A stretch of DNA of 64,000 nt, taken from the NCBI GenBank assembly GCA_031367385.1, contig JANLPS010000027.1, positions 1 through 64,000 of the forward strand, in the 5' to 3' direction. Each line of letters opens with the position of its first letter. The stretch's first letter is position 1. This DNA is from Archangium sp. (GTDB taxonomy: Bacteria > Myxococcota > Myxococcia > Myxococcales > Myxococcaceae). The position numbers and the translations under genes were made by a program. Below, piece after piece: positions 7,805 through 17,850 of the stretch. The notes under the pieces were generated by a model that did not search any database, was not told where the DNA came from, and saw only the letters and a program-made list of their open reading frames with translations.

Positions 7805-9586
7805 ATGCACTCTCTGGTGTTCATCGCGGCCGCAGCGCTCGCGTTCGACCCGGCGGCCAACGCCGAACGAATCAGATCGCACCTCGAGCTCGTCGAACGG
7901 TTGCTCCGCTCACAACCCGCGCCTTCACCTGGCACCGAAGCAGAGCGGGCTCGAAACCTCGCCGCGCTTCACGCCTACTGGCGACGAGGAGAGTACCCTC
8001 AGAACACCAGGGTGCCGGGCGGGCGAAACCCCATCTTCATCGACGACCGCGACGTGCCATGCGCCGCGGGCGCGTTGATCATCGAATCAGGGTCGAAGCC
8101 CTTGGCGCTCAGAATTTCTCGCACGTTGAACGAGAAGTACCTCGATGAGATTCACGACGACGAGCTCGACGCGTGGGTGGCCCGCTCTGGCTTGACCCTC
8201 GGAGAGCTCAGGTTGATTCAACCCGGCTACCCGTATCGGCCCAAGTTCACCGAGCCGTTGCTCGAGGCGGCCTATCTCGGCGACTTGGCCACGGTGAAGG
8301 CGCTGATCAAGGCGTCGAAACCCGACCAGGCGACGCTGAACGAAGCGCTTCGGGCCGCGTGCGAAGCGGGTCGAAGGGGCCATGCTGGCCCACGAGCTGG
8401 CGAAATTTCGATTGGCACGAAAGTGCCTTGGGTCTCAGATGGGCTCAGCACCACCGAGTATCTGCTCAACGCAGGCGGTGACCCGAACGACACCTCGATT
8501 GGGCCCAACAGCAAGGGCAAGCGGCGGCTGTCTGTGCTGGCGTCGACACAGCTCTTGAGAGAGAGCGATGACCGGGTCTTCGCGCTGCTGAGCCAGCATG
8601 GCGCCACGCTCAACCCCACCGAGAAGGTGTTGATCGCCCTCTCGAAGAACGACTGCCGGTCGTTGCCCGCGCTCCTCAAAGACCCTGCGGTTGATTTTCA
8701 AGCGCAAGACCACCCGCACCCGATGCACATTCGCAACCGAAACGGCAAAGGCTTCGAGCCAGCCTGTGGCGTGGCGCTGATTGAGTCTGGCAAAGCGCAG
8801 TGGGCTGACCCTGGCTGGTTCGAGCAACTCGGCGGCACGCCTCAATACACCGTGGCGCTGCTGAAGCAGGGCGTGACTCCCAAGACGCGAGCTGATCTCT
8901 CCGGCGCCCTCGAGTCGTGGAGGCAGCTGCACACCGCGCCCACCGCCGCGGCCGAAGCGGCACTCGTTCTCACGGCGATCAAAAAGAGCGGCGTGCGCCT
9001 ACCCGAGACGCCGCCCGGCTCGCCGCCAGACCAAAGCTGCCCCAACCCGGTCAAGGCGGCGATTGCTCGCGGCGATGTCGAGCTCATTGATCTGTTCGTG
9101 GAGCTTGGTGGTGAGCCCCGGCGGTGTCAGTCGAGCCCGATGACCTCGAAGCTGCTGCAACAAACGGCACCGCTGACCCCTGCCGCGCTGGCGACGCTCA
9201 AGCGGGGGCTGGGCAGTGATTTCACTCTCTTCGATGAGTGGTCATCGCTCTTGTTGTTGGGCTGGGCGGCTCAGGTCGGTGATCTCGAGCTCGCGAAGGT
9301 GTTGCTCACACAGAAGGCGGTCCCTGACGCGTCGGCGGGGTATTTCTGCTCTCCGCTGGCCCTCGCCGCCACCCGCGACGACGTGCCGATGGTCACGCTG
9401 CTCCTCGCCAACGGAGCGAAGCCGAACGCGCGCTTCGTCGCTGATCGCCGCTGCGGCTGGCCCAACGCCGGCACCAAGCACCACGTCGTCACGACACTGC
9501 AAGAGGTTCAGCTCTCGGCTGCGATGCGCGCGCGCTTGAAGCTGGGGCCTCCGAGCGTGCCACCCGAATCGCACAGCCTCGATTGA
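7805..9586 (+). CDS. Secreted ankyrin-repeat protein with extra N-terminal domain
   Basis: Signal peptide; ankyrin-like motifs PLLEAAYLGDLATVKALI and SPLALAATRDDVPMVTLLLANGAKPN. Confidence 0.75.
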   Translation: MHSLVFIAAAALAFDPAANAERIRSHLELVERLLRSQPAPSPGTEAERARNLAALHAYWRRGEYPQNTRVPGGRNPIFIDDRDVPCAAGALIIESGSKPLALRISRTLNEKYLDEIHDDELDAWVARSGLTLGELRLIQPGYPYRPKFTEPLLEAAYLGDLATVKALIKASKPDQATLNEALRAACEAGRRGHAGPRAGEISIGTKVPWVSDGLSTTEYLLNAGGDPNDTSIGPNSKGKRRLSVLASTQLLRESDDRVFALLSQHGATLNPTEKVLIALSKNDCRSLPALLKDPAVDFQAQDHPHPMHIRNRNGKGFEPACGVALIESGKAQWADPGWFEQLGGTPQYTVALLKQGVTPKTRADLSGALESWRQLHTAPTAAAEAALVLTAIKKSGVRLPETPPGSPPDQSCPNPVKAAIARGDVELIDLFVELGGEPRRCQSSPMTSKLLQQTAPLTPAALATLKRGLGSDFTLFDEWSSLLLLGWAAQVGDLELAKVLLTQKAVPDASAGYFCSPLALAATRDDVPMVTLLLANGAKPNARFVADRRCGWPNAGTKHHVVTTLQEVQLSAAMRARLKLGPPSVPPESHSLD

Positions 9587-9619
9587 CTGGGGCGCACCGG
9601 CCTGCGACAAGCCTCGTCG

Positions 9620-9797
9620 CCCTCAGGTCATTCATAAAAGGGAAGCCGGTGAGACTCCGGCGCGGTCGCGCCACTGTGACCGGGACGCTCCGCATCGATG
9701 ACGGAGCACGGTGACTTCATTCGTGGCCACTCCGAGAAGTCGACGGGGGAAGGCCGAAGTCGCCGCAGAAGCCCGGAAGCCAGGAAACCTGCCTGTG
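9620..9797 (+). promoter_or_regulatory. Cobalamin riboswitch
   Basis: CAGGT...AAAAGGGAAGCCGGTGAGACTCCGGCGCGGTCGCGCCACTGTGA...GCCAC...GGGAAGG...GGAAGCCAGGAAACCTGCCTG (B12 box), directly upstream of a TonB receptor. Confidence 0.93.
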
Positions 9798-9843
9798 GGA
9801 GTCGTGCCTTCTCTCTTCGCGGAAGAGAGCAGAGGGCGGGTTC

Positions 9844-11739
9844 ATGCAGTGGTCGTCTGTCGCGCTCATCTGGTCGCTCGTCTCGGCTGCCGAGCCGCCG
9901 AGGCCCATTGAGCTCGCGCCGGTCGACGTGCCGCTGCCTCCGCGCCAACTCGAAGCGACACCCTCGTCTCCGCTCAAGCGCGACCCCACCGGGGCCATCA
10001 CCGTCTTGCCGATTCGCCCCGCGCAAGCCCAAGACGCCGCCGCGGTTTTGGCGGAGTCGCCGGGCGCGGTGATTCAAGACTCCGGGGGCGCAGGGCAACG
10101 CAAGACCCTCTCTCTGCGTGGCGCCGCTCCCAACGCCGTGCTCGTCTTGCTCGACGGGGTGCCCCTCACCGGCCCCGGCGGTTCGATGGATCTCTCGCGC
10201 ATACCCACCGCGGCGCTCGACCGCGTCGAAGTGCTGCGCGGCGCGACTGGGGCCCGCTACGGCCCGGGCGCGATGGGCGGCGTCGTCAACCTCGTCACCA
10301 AAACGCCCGACGGCTCGAAGCTCTTCGGCGCCGCGTCACACGGCAGCTTCGCCACCACTCAGCTCTCGCTCGGAGGCTCGGCCTCACTGCTCGGCGGAGA
10401 CGGCCTGCTTCTGCTCCACGGCCTGCGAAGCCAGGGCGACTACACCTTCGGCTACAACCAGACCCCGTCACTCACCGGCAGCCAGCTCACCACGCTGCGC
10501 CGCGAGAACAACCAGGCCCTGCGCGGCGGAGGTCTTTTTCGCTACCGCACGCACCTGAAGGCCACCTCGCTCGACGCCGTGCTCGAGGGCACCACCGAGC
10601 AACGCGGCCTCGCGGGCACCGTGCAGAACCCCACCGTCGACGCGACCCAGAGCACCACCCGCGGTACGGCCTCGGTGCGCGCCGTGCACGGCCTCGACGG
10701 CAACGGAGAGCTCTCGGTCTTGGGCTGGGGCCGCCTCGACGGCACCACCTTGCGCGGCAGCTTCTTCGGCCCGGGCTACCAGCAGCTCGAGTCTGCGGTG
10801 GGTGCCGAGGTGGTGGCCACCCGACTGGTCGCCGAGCGTCACGGCGTGACCGGGTTGATCAGCGGCGGCGGCGAATTCTTGAGCGAGCCGAGCGGCCAAA
10901 ACCCCCGCTGGGGCCGACTCGGGCTCATGCTCGCCGACGAGGTGCTCTTCTTCGACGGCGCGCTGGCCGTCACCGGCGTGGTGCGCTTCGATTTGGCCGG
11001 CCCCTTCGCGGTGTTCTCTCCGAAGCTGGGGCTCAGCCTGCAGTTACCGCTCGGCTTCGAGCTCAAGGGCAACGTTGGGCAGGCTTCTCGGCCTCCGGGG
11101 TTCTTCGAGCTCTACGTGGTGCAAGGCACGCTCTCGCCCAACGCCAGCCTTCGCCCCGAACGCGCGTTGACCGCCGATGTCACGGTGAGCACCAAGCACG
11201 AACGCTGGGCCGCCGGAGTGACCGCCTTCGGCTCGCTCTACGAAGACCTCATCTCGTACGAGTACTACCCGCCCGGCCTGGCCAAGCCGTACAACTTTCA
11301 AGCGGCGCGGGTGGGAGGGCTCGAGGTCGAGGCCTCGGCGGCTCCGGTCAGTTGGCTCAGCGGCACGCTCGCGTACACCTTCATGGCGAGCCAGAACCTC
11401 AAAGACGACCCGAGGTACTACCTGAAACAATTGCCCAATCGCCCCGCGCACCGGGTGAGCGCCCGAATCGTGGCCGGGTTGCCGTTCTTCAGCGTGCACG
11501 GTGAGGTGCTGGCCCAGAGCGCGCAATTTCTGAATCGCACTGAGACGCTGGGGTTGCCCGCGCGAGCCTTCGTCAACGCCGGCATCGCCTCAACGCCGTG
11601 GAAGAACCCTGCCCTGACGGTCTGCATCGACGTCAAGAACCTGCTCGATGTGCAGACGCAAGACCTCGATGGCTACCCCCTGCCGCCGCGCGCGGCCTTC
11701 GTGAGCCTCGCCTTCGCGTGGGACGCGGAGAAGAAGTGA
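9844..11739 (+). CDS. btuB: TonB-dependent receptor, probable cobalamin transporter
   Basis: Plug motifs LVLLDGVP and RVEVLRG...GAMGGVVNLVT; beta-barrel; lies behind the B12 riboswitch. Confidence 0.85.
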   Translation: MQWSSVALIWSLVSAAEPPRPIELAPVDVPLPPRQLEATPSSPLKRDPTGAITVLPIRPAQAQDAAAVLAESPGAVIQDSGGAGQRKTLSLRGAAPNAVLVLLDGVPLTGPGGSMDLSRIPTAALDRVEVLRGATGARYGPGAMGGVVNLVTKTPDGSKLFGAASHGSFATTQLSLGGSASLLGGDGLLLLHGLRSQGDYTFGYNQTPSLTGSQLTTLRRENNQALRGGGLFRYRTHLKATSLDAVLEGTTEQRGLAGTVQNPTVDATQSTTRGTASVRAVHGLDGNGELSVLGWGRLDGTTLRGSFFGPGYQQLESAVGAEVVATRLVAERHGVTGLISGGGEFLSEPSGQNPRWGRLGLMLADEVLFFDGALAVTGVVRFDLAGPFAVFSPKLGLSLQLPLGFELKGNVGQASRPPGFFELYVVQGTLSPNASLRPERALTADVTVSTKHERWAAGVTAFGSLYEDLISYEYYPPGLAKPYNFQAARVGGLEVEASAAPVSWLSGTLAYTFMASQNLKDDPRYYLKQLPNRPAHRVSARIVAGLPFFSVHGEVLAQSAQFLNRTETLGLPARAFVNAGIASTPWKNPALTVCIDVKNLLDVQTQDLDGYPLPPRAAFVSLAFAWDAEKK

Positions 11740-11758
11740 GTGTAAGGACCCCCTCAAG

Positions 11759-13363
11759 ATGAAGCGATTTGACTCTGCGGTGTCGATGTTCGGGCTGACC
11801 CTGGTGCTGCTGCTCACGGCGTGCCCCGACACCGGCATCGTTTGCAAGACCGGCACGAACCGCTGCGGCAACGGGTGCGCTGACTACACCACCGACCTGC
11901 GCAACTGCGGCGCCTGCGGCCACCCCTGCGGTACGTCTCAAGTCTGCCAAGCCAGCCAGTGCCGCTGCCAAGACGGCACCACCACCTGCGGCGGCTCATG
12001 CGTGGTCACCGAGTACGACACCCAGAACTGCGGCGGCTGCGGCAAGCGCTGCGCGAGCGGCGAGGTTTGCGAGAACAGCACCTGCAAGACCGCCTGCACC
12101 ATCGGCACGTCGATTCAGTGCGGCACCGCGTGCGTCAACGCGGCCACCGACGTGAACAACTGCGGCGCTTGCGGAGTCACCTGTCAGAGCGGCCAGACCT
12201 GCCGCAACAGCGCGTGCACCTTCGAAGTGGTCGCGGCGTGTTTGACCTCGGGCGAGCTCGCCGGGTTCAAGGCGGCGACCGGTGAGAAGGGGCCTCCGGC
12301 CGATGTGGGCACGCAGCCTGAAGCGTTGGCTTCGATGCAGGGGCGAGTGCTTAGCGCCGATGGCACCGACAACCGGCTCTACCAGGCGGTGCTGCCCAGC
12401 GGCTCGGCCACGTATCAGCAGGCGGCGCGCTCGAATCGAACCGGCTCGGTGCCCAACCAGGTGCTGGTCGACGGCACCACCGTCTACATCGTCAACGCCG
12501 CCTCGGGCACGTTGCAGGTGCTCCAGCAGGGCTCCGAAGTGTCGAGCGACGTCTTCATCAACGACGCGGGAGCCGCTGGCGAAGTGCCGCTGGTCACCGT
12601 CGCTGAGCTGCCGTTGGGCATGAACAGCTACCCCCAGGGCATCGCGAAGGTCGGCTCGTCGCTTTGGGTGCCGTTGTATGGCGGCTTCGGCTCGGGCCCT
12701 GAAGTGAACGCGGGGCAGAAAGTGCTCGAGGTGTCGGTGGCCAACCCCCGGGCCCCGGCGGTCATCAACACCGTCGACCTGGCCGGCCTCAACCTGCAGT
12801 CGTTCGACGGCGGGCTGACCTTGCCGCGCCCCTGGGCCATCACCGCCCACGCGGGAGCGGTCTACGCGGTGCTCAACAACTTCGATCTCGCCTATCACCC
12901 CGCCGGCCCTGGGTTTTTGGCGCGCATCAACCCTTCGACGCGCGCGGTGACGCTGGTCAATCTCGGCGCCGACACCTGCCGCAACCCCCAGTGGGCGGCC
13001 GAGACGACCGCGGGAGGCCTGGTCGTCAGCTGCGTGGGCGAGGCGCGGTACACCGGCCCGTTCAATGCGCTGCAAGGGGCTGAGCACGGCGGCTTGGTGT
13101 TGCTCAACGCGGCTGATCAGGTCTCGGCCACCTGGCCCTCACCGCTGTGCGAGCTCGATGCGGGCACCGGGTGCCTGCCGATGCTCCCAGGGCGCGTCGC
13201 GGTGACGCAAAATCGCGTGTTTCTGGCTGATCAGAACGGCGGCCGGGTGCTGGCCTTTGGCATCGCCGACGGCGGGTTCACGGCCGAGCGCACCATTCAG
13301 GCCTGCACGCTGTCGTCGGTCACGGGGCTCGCGAACGTGGGTGACTTGCTCGTGACTCCGTAG
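11759..13363 (+). CDS. Lipoprotein with myxobacterial Cys-rich repeats and C-terminal beta-propeller-like domain
   Basis: Lipobox LLTAC; three NCGxCG repeats; propeller-like strands. Confidence 0.85.
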   Translation: MKRFDSAVSMFGLTLVLLLTACPDTGIVCKTGTNRCGNGCADYTTDLRNCGACGHPCGTSQVCQASQCRCQDGTTTCGGSCVVTEYDTQNCGGCGKRCASGEVCENSTCKTACTIGTSIQCGTACVNAATDVNNCGACGVTCQSGQTCRNSACTFEVVAACLTSGELAGFKAATGEKGPPADVGTQPEALASMQGRVLSADGTDNRLYQAVLPSGSATYQQAARSNRTGSVPNQVLVDGTTVYIVNAASGTLQVLQQGSEVSSDVFINDAGAAGEVPLVTVAELPLGMNSYPQGIAKVGSSLWVPLYGGFGSGPEVNAGQKVLEVSVANPRAPAVINTVDLAGLNLQSFDGGLTLPRPWAITAHAGAVYAVLNNFDLAYHPAGPGFLARINPSTRAVTLVNLGADTCRNPQWAAETTAGGLVVSCVGEARYTGPFNALQGAEHGGLVLLNAADQVSATWPSPLCELDAGTGCLPMLPGRVAVTQNRVFLADQNGGRVLAFGIADGGFTAERTIQACTLSSVTGLANVGDLLVTP

Positions 13364-13364
13364 A

Positions 13365-14633
13365 ATGCGATTGACGGGCCCCATGGGTGTCTCGTCTTCG
13401 AAGCAGTGGGTCATCGTCGGGTTCGCTTTGGGTGTGCTGCTGGCCTCGGGGCCTGGCTGCGGCGCGCTGTCGACCACGTTGCCGGTGGCGTGCAACGCGA
13501 GCAACTGCACCGGGTGCTGCGATTCGTCGGGTACCTGCCAACAGACGCAGAGCCAGAGCGTGTGCGGGTTCGCCGGGCAGGCCTGCGTCGCGTGCGGCAT
13601 CAACGACGAGTGCTTCGGAGGCAGCTGCACGCCGGTGTACCACGTGCGACTCCCGGCTCCGGTCGACAGCGGCACAGTGGTCGTCGACGCGGGCATGACC
13701 GCGTGTCAGCAGACCTGCGCGACCGGCTGCTGCAACGCCGCGGGCAAGTGCCGAGGCGGCCTCTCGACGCTCGAGTGCGGCACTGGCGGCGCGATGTGCG
13801 GGCAGTGCACGTTTCCCCAGTCGTGTAGCGCGGGGGTGTGCACCGGCAGCGTGCCCGACGCCGGCACGGGCACGGGGACCGGGACGGTCGATGCGGGGCC
13901 GGCGACTCCGGTACCGTTCTGCGGGCCGTGCACCTTCAGCAGTGAGTGCGGGGGCACCAAGAATTTTTGCCTCGGCAACGTGAGCACGGGCTTCTGCGGG
14001 GCTGACTGCAGCGGGGGCCAGGCGTGCCCCACCAAGACGGTCTGCGCGAACATTCGCGACAACGCGGGCACCACCGTCATCGGGCAGAACTGCGTGCCGG
14101 GCTCAGGGCTGACGTGCGACTCGCTGAAGGTCGTCGATGCGGGCACTCCGAAGGTCGACGCCGGCAGTGGCGGCGGTACCGGAGGAGGAACCGGCGGCGG
14201 CACGGGCGGTGGTGGTGGTGGCGCCCGCGTGACCGGAGATCAATGCGACACCGCGATACCATTGGTGATGCTCGAGACGCACTTCGTCGATGTGCCGACG
14301 GCGACCGGAGCCAGGGGCGATTATTACCCCGCGCTGTGCGGCACCAGCGAGGGCCTGGGGCCTGACATGGTGTTCAAGTTCGAGGTCACCAGCGAGACGC
14401 CGCAACCCGTGGCGATTTCGGTTGGGGGCTGCGAGGTGGGTGGGCTCGAGGTCTCGCTCGACCGCGCCTGCCCCAGCGCGGGTACGAGCAGTGAGCTGTT
14501 GTGCAGCAAGAACGCGACCGGCTCGGTCGACTTGACGCCGACAGTGACGTTGCCGGTGGGCACGTACTACGTGCGCGTCGACACCAATGCGGGCGTGCTG
14601 TGCAGCTTCTCCATCGAGCTGAAGAAGCAGTAA
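13365..14633 (+). CDS. Cys-rich lipoprotein with C-terminal PPC-like domain
   Basis: CTGCC repeats, DAG and Gly linkers, PDMVFKF...GTYYVRVD. Confidence 0.8.
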   Translation: MRLTGPMGVSSSKQWVIVGFALGVLLASGPGCGALSTTLPVACNASNCTGCCDSSGTCQQTQSQSVCGFAGQACVACGINDECFGGSCTPVYHVRLPAPVDSGTVVVDAGMTACQQTCATGCCNAAGKCRGGLSTLECGTGGAMCGQCTFPQSCSAGVCTGSVPDAGTGTGTGTVDAGPATPVPFCGPCTFSSECGGTKNFCLGNVSTGFCGADCSGGQACPTKTVCANIRDNAGTTVIGQNCVPGSGLTCDSLKVVDAGTPKVDAGSGGGTGGGTGGGTGGGGGGARVTGDQCDTAIPLVMLETHFVDVPTATGARGDYYPALCGTSEGLGPDMVFKFEVTSETPQPVAISVGGCEVGGLEVSLDRACPSAGTSSELLCSKNATGSVDLTPTVTLPVGTYYVRVDTNAGVLCSFSIELKKQ

Positions 14634-14650
14634 CGGTGCGGCAGTTGACC

Positions 14651-15064
14651 CTATTGGCAGCCCGCGGCTGTCTTGGTACCGCCCTGGCAAGTAACTGAGA
14701 GCTGACCTGCGCCAGTGACGTTGCAGGCGCCCGTGCAGGCAATGGTGCAGGTGCCAGCGGTGCACTGCACGTTCGAGCCCTCACCGACGGTGTGCGTGCA
14801 GGCCTTGCCGTTGCACTGCACGCGAGCCGCTGGCCCGGCAGTGCCGGCACAAGTGGCGTTCTCGTCGCACTTGAATTCGCAGCTCGCCGTCGAGGCAGAA
14901 CAGGTGTCGAAGGTGCAGGTCTGATTTGCGGTGCATTCGCAAGCAATGCCGTTGCACACCTTCGCAGCGCCGGTGAGCCCTGCGTCGCCAACCCCGAGTG
15001 AGACAGCGCCACATGAGGTGAAGACGACGAGAACGAGCGCGTACGAGAGGGTCAGTGTTTTCAT
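14651..15064 (-). CDS. Small Cys-rich lipoprotein
   Basis: Lipobox FTSC; regularly spaced Cys. Confidence 0.75.
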   Translation of the reverse strand: MKTLTLSYALVLVVFTSCGAVSLGVGDAGLTGAAKVCNGIACECTANQTCTFDTCSASTASCEFKCDENATCAGTAGPAARVQCNGKACTHTVGEGSNVQCTAGTCTIACTGACNVTGAGQLSVTCQGGTKTAAGCQ

Positions 15065-15094
15065 GGGTTGGTCGATTTTGCTCGAATGCGAGAA

Positions 15095-15220
15095 TCAGAA
15101 ATTTTGAATGATGGTCGTGACCAACTGCATGCCGCCCTCGACTCCGTGCGTCTGTGCGGGCTGCAAGGTCTTGAGACGGTCGATGGTGAGCGTCAGTGGG
15201 GTGGTCTTCTTGGTTTTCAT
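15095..15220 (-). CDS. Putative 41-aa double-glycine-leader peptide precursor
   Basis: Manual translation MKTKKTTPLTLTIDRLKTLQPAQTHGVEGG-MQLVTTIIQNF; fills the gap between co-oriented genes. Confidence 0.6.
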   Translation of the reverse strand: MKTKKTTPLTLTIDRLKTLQPAQTHGVEGGMQLVTTIIQNF

Positions 15221-15272
15221 CGGTTGATCTTTCAAACAACGAGTTGAACTTCGAGTGATGCGCGCAAAAGAC

Positions 15273-15611
15273 TCACTTCGCGCCGATGGCCACTTTCAAC
15301 GTGGGGAAGCGTTGCTTGAGCTCCTCTGAGCTCACCGTGGTCTTGGGTTGATACGGAGCCTGCACCACGAACGTGTTCGGGCGCAGGCCCGGCATGACCG
15401 ACCACTCCCGCCCATTTTCGGTGCCCGCCAGGTGCTTGCCCTCTGCCTGGAGCCTGCCCATGAGCGTGGTGATGGCCTGGTGGTACATCGGCTGCGTCGA
15501 GAGGGAGGTGCCGACGTCGACCCTCGCCGTGGCTTGAGGTGCGCTCGAGGCTTCGGTGCGCCCAAAACCGGTGTTGCCACTGCTTGAAATTCGTCCCAGA
15601 TCGATGGCCAT
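15273..15611 (-). CDS. Hypothetical protein
   Basis: 112-aa ORF with GGAGAG RBS. Confidence 0.65.
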   Translation of the reverse strand: MAIDLGRISSSGNTGFGRTEASSAPQATARVDVGTSLSTQPMYHQAITTLMGRLQAEGKHLAGTENGREWSVMPGLRPNTFVVQAPYQPKTTVSSEELKQRFPTLKVAIGAK

Positions 15612-15749
15612 GGGTGAGTGCTCTCCGGAGGCTGCTCGAGCGGCTCACGCAACGCCAAGTGGCCAGCTTTCAATGACTTGAAGCTCAGGCGTGAGCCGCT
15701 TCTGCGCCCACAGGTGAGTACCTGACACACCTTCACAAAGGAGCCATTC

Positions 15750-16592
15750 GTGGGCTTTCGAACCGAGCGCGCTGAACCCAACTTTGGAGACTCTCGAGTC
15801 ACCAGGCCCATCGACGACTCGCCTCGTCGACTCATCGTCGAGCGGGCCGGAGAGCGCGTGACCGGCGTGCAAGAAGGCCGCGTTTTCGACCTCGACCCTT
15901 CGTGGTCGGTCGAGACCGCCGTGAGCGCGGCCAAGAATGAGCGCGACGACGCCTCGGCGCTCGAGCTGGCTACTGACCTTGCGATTCTGCGCACCAAGAG
16001 CGGCACGCTGCAGGCCGTCTACGGGCCCAACCTGCGCAGGCTCGCGGTGGGCGATGAGCTGGTGGGCGCGACGTCAGGCACCGTCGCCGCGGTCGTGCCT
16101 TCGAAGACCGAGGCCGGGGCGTGGTTGTTGACGGCGGCGGTTCGCCAGGTGTTGCCGGGGATGTCGAAGACCGAGCTCACCGAAGCCAAGCGGGTCATCG
16201 AAAAGCCAACCCAGTGGAGCTCGCTGCGCCAAAATGCTTCGGCCTTCAAGCCCACCGCGGTGGTGGGGTTCGTACCGGCGACCCCCGAGAGTGGGCCGGC
16301 CACCCATGTTCAAATCACAGCACAGCGGGTGCCGGGTGCAGAAGACGTCTTCACCGTCTCGGTCAACGTCGACGTCGACGCCGCGGGCGCCATGTCGTTG
16401 AGGCTCATGGGCCGTGGGCCCGCGGTCGAGGCCAAGGCGAGTGATCCCAACGGCCCTCAAGCGCTCGAGCTCGGCGCACAGTTGGTCGATGCCTACCGAA
16501 CGAACGATCGCCCACGGGCCCTGTCGCTCGTGGCGAGCCTGCACCAGCTCCTCGCCCCGCCCAAAGCCGCGCGCGGGTGGCAGAGGCCGTAG
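15750..16592 (+). CDS. Hypothetical protein (start uncertain)
   Basis: 280-aa ORF with coding-like composition. Confidence 0.6.
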   Translation: MGFRTERAEPNFGDSRVTRPIDDSPRRLIVERAGERVTGVQEGRVFDLDPSWSVETAVSAAKNERDDASALELATDLAILRTKSGTLQAVYGPNLRRLAVGDELVGATSGTVAAVVPSKTEAGAWLLTAAVRQVLPGMSKTELTEAKRVIEKPTQWSSLRQNASAFKPTAVVGFVPATPESGPATHVQITAQRVPGAEDVFTVSVNVDVDAAGAMSLRLMGRGPAVEAKASDPNGPQALELGAQLVDAYRTNDRPRALSLVASLHQLLAPPKAARGWQRP

Positions 16593-16605
16593 AAAGAAAA
16601 GACCG

Positions 16606-17781
16606 CTACGGAGGCGGCGCCACCGCTGTGACCTGCAGGTCGATCACCCGGCTGTTCGTGAGCAGCTCGGCAATGAATCGCGGAGCCGAAATGGAGTTGC
16701 CAATCACCGTCACGCCGTTCGAATCGCCGACGTACAGCGTTTCATCGGCGCCCATGATGACCCGGGTCGGCAAGTCGATCGATGGGTCGGTGATGGTTCG
16801 GGTGACGTCGGTCAAGCCGTGCACCGCGCTCGCGTCTTCGAAGATCAACACCGCGCCGCTCGCGAGGGCGATGAGCAGGGCCTCTCGCGCGCCTCGGGCC
16901 TTGACGCTCACGTCGACGATCGGGCTCGGCAGCGTGATGACCGTGTCGGCTTCGAACGCTGTAATCGGGTGACCGTTCGTCCCGGCCTGGGCGATGCCCT
17001 CCCAGATGAGGAGGTTGTTGGTGCCGCCTTCAGTGACGAACAGCCGGCCCGCAGCGATGACGGTGCGTTCCGCGCTCCGCTTGAAGAGGGGTTGAGCGCT
17101 CGTCGCGCCAACCAATGCGCTGGCTGAGCTCCAGATCAGAACGCCGGAGGGGCCGCTGGTGTAGAGCCGGTCGCTCGACGGTTGGTACGCCGCTGAGCGC
17201 GCATCGAACACGATGGGGGGGCCCATCGGCATCTGCTGCGCGGTCAGCGCGGTGAGCGGGTCGAGCACCGCGTTGATGGTGCCCACCGCGAGAAACCACA
17301 TCGCGCCTCCCGCCACCGTGAGGCTTCGGTCGATCAGCACTTGTGGCGACGGGCCAGGACCAGGCGGCAGCGCGAGGCTTTGGGTTGCGCCACCATCGAA
17401 GGCCACCAGATCAATGCCGTCGAAGCTGCCGATGCGGCCCGAACCCACCACCACCAGCCGGTCTGCAATCGCGGCGAACCCCACCGCCGCGATGGGCGGC
17501 AGCCTCATGTCGGGCACTGCCCCGGGCGTCGCCGCGTGGTGCCACACCATGGGGTACTGCTCTGCCGCCGCCACGAACAGCCGGGAGCCTCCGCCGTCGC
17601 GCACACCGGCGTCGAGGCCGGCATCGAAGCCACCGGCGTCGGAGACCCTGGTTGACGCATCATCGACGCTTACATCTGCGCCGGCGTCACACACCCCACA
17701 GGTCGGGCGCGCGAAGGGGTCGATGACGGCGCACTCGCAGCCTGCGACGGTGAAGAGAAAGAGGCACCAGATAATGCGCAT
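16606..17781 (-). CDS. Lipoprotein with beta-propeller-like domain
   Basis: Lipobox VAGC, DAG linker, repeated beta strands. Confidence 0.75.
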   Translation of the reverse strand: MRIIWCLFLFTVAGCECAVIDPFARPTCGVCDAGADVSVDDASTRVSDAGGFDAGLDAGVRDGGGSRLFVAAAEQYPMVWHHAATPGAVPDMRLPPIAAVGFAAIADRLVVVGSGRIGSFDGIDLVAFDGGATQSLALPPGPGPSPQVLIDRSLTVAGGAMWFLAVGTINAVLDPLTALTAQQMPMGPPIVFDARSAAYQPSSDRLYTSGPSGVLIWSSASALVGATSAQPLFKRSAERTVIAAGRLFVTEGGTNNLLIWEGIAQAGTNGHPITAFEADTVITLPSPIVDVSVKARGAREALLIALASGAVLIFEDASAVHGLTDVTRTITDPSIDLPTRVIMGADETLYVGDSNGVTVIGNSISAPRFIAELLTNSRVIDLQVTAVAPPP

Positions 17782-17850
17782 GATGAGAGTGCTGCCCTCA
17801 GTTCGGCGTTCGGCTCACCCAAGCTGAGCCGTTCATTGCAAGATGGAGCA

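Noticed and set aside
15645..15670. Possible sigma-54 promoter (TGGC...TTGC) upstream of 15611
   Set aside because: GG-to-GC spacing is 12 nt, not the required 10.
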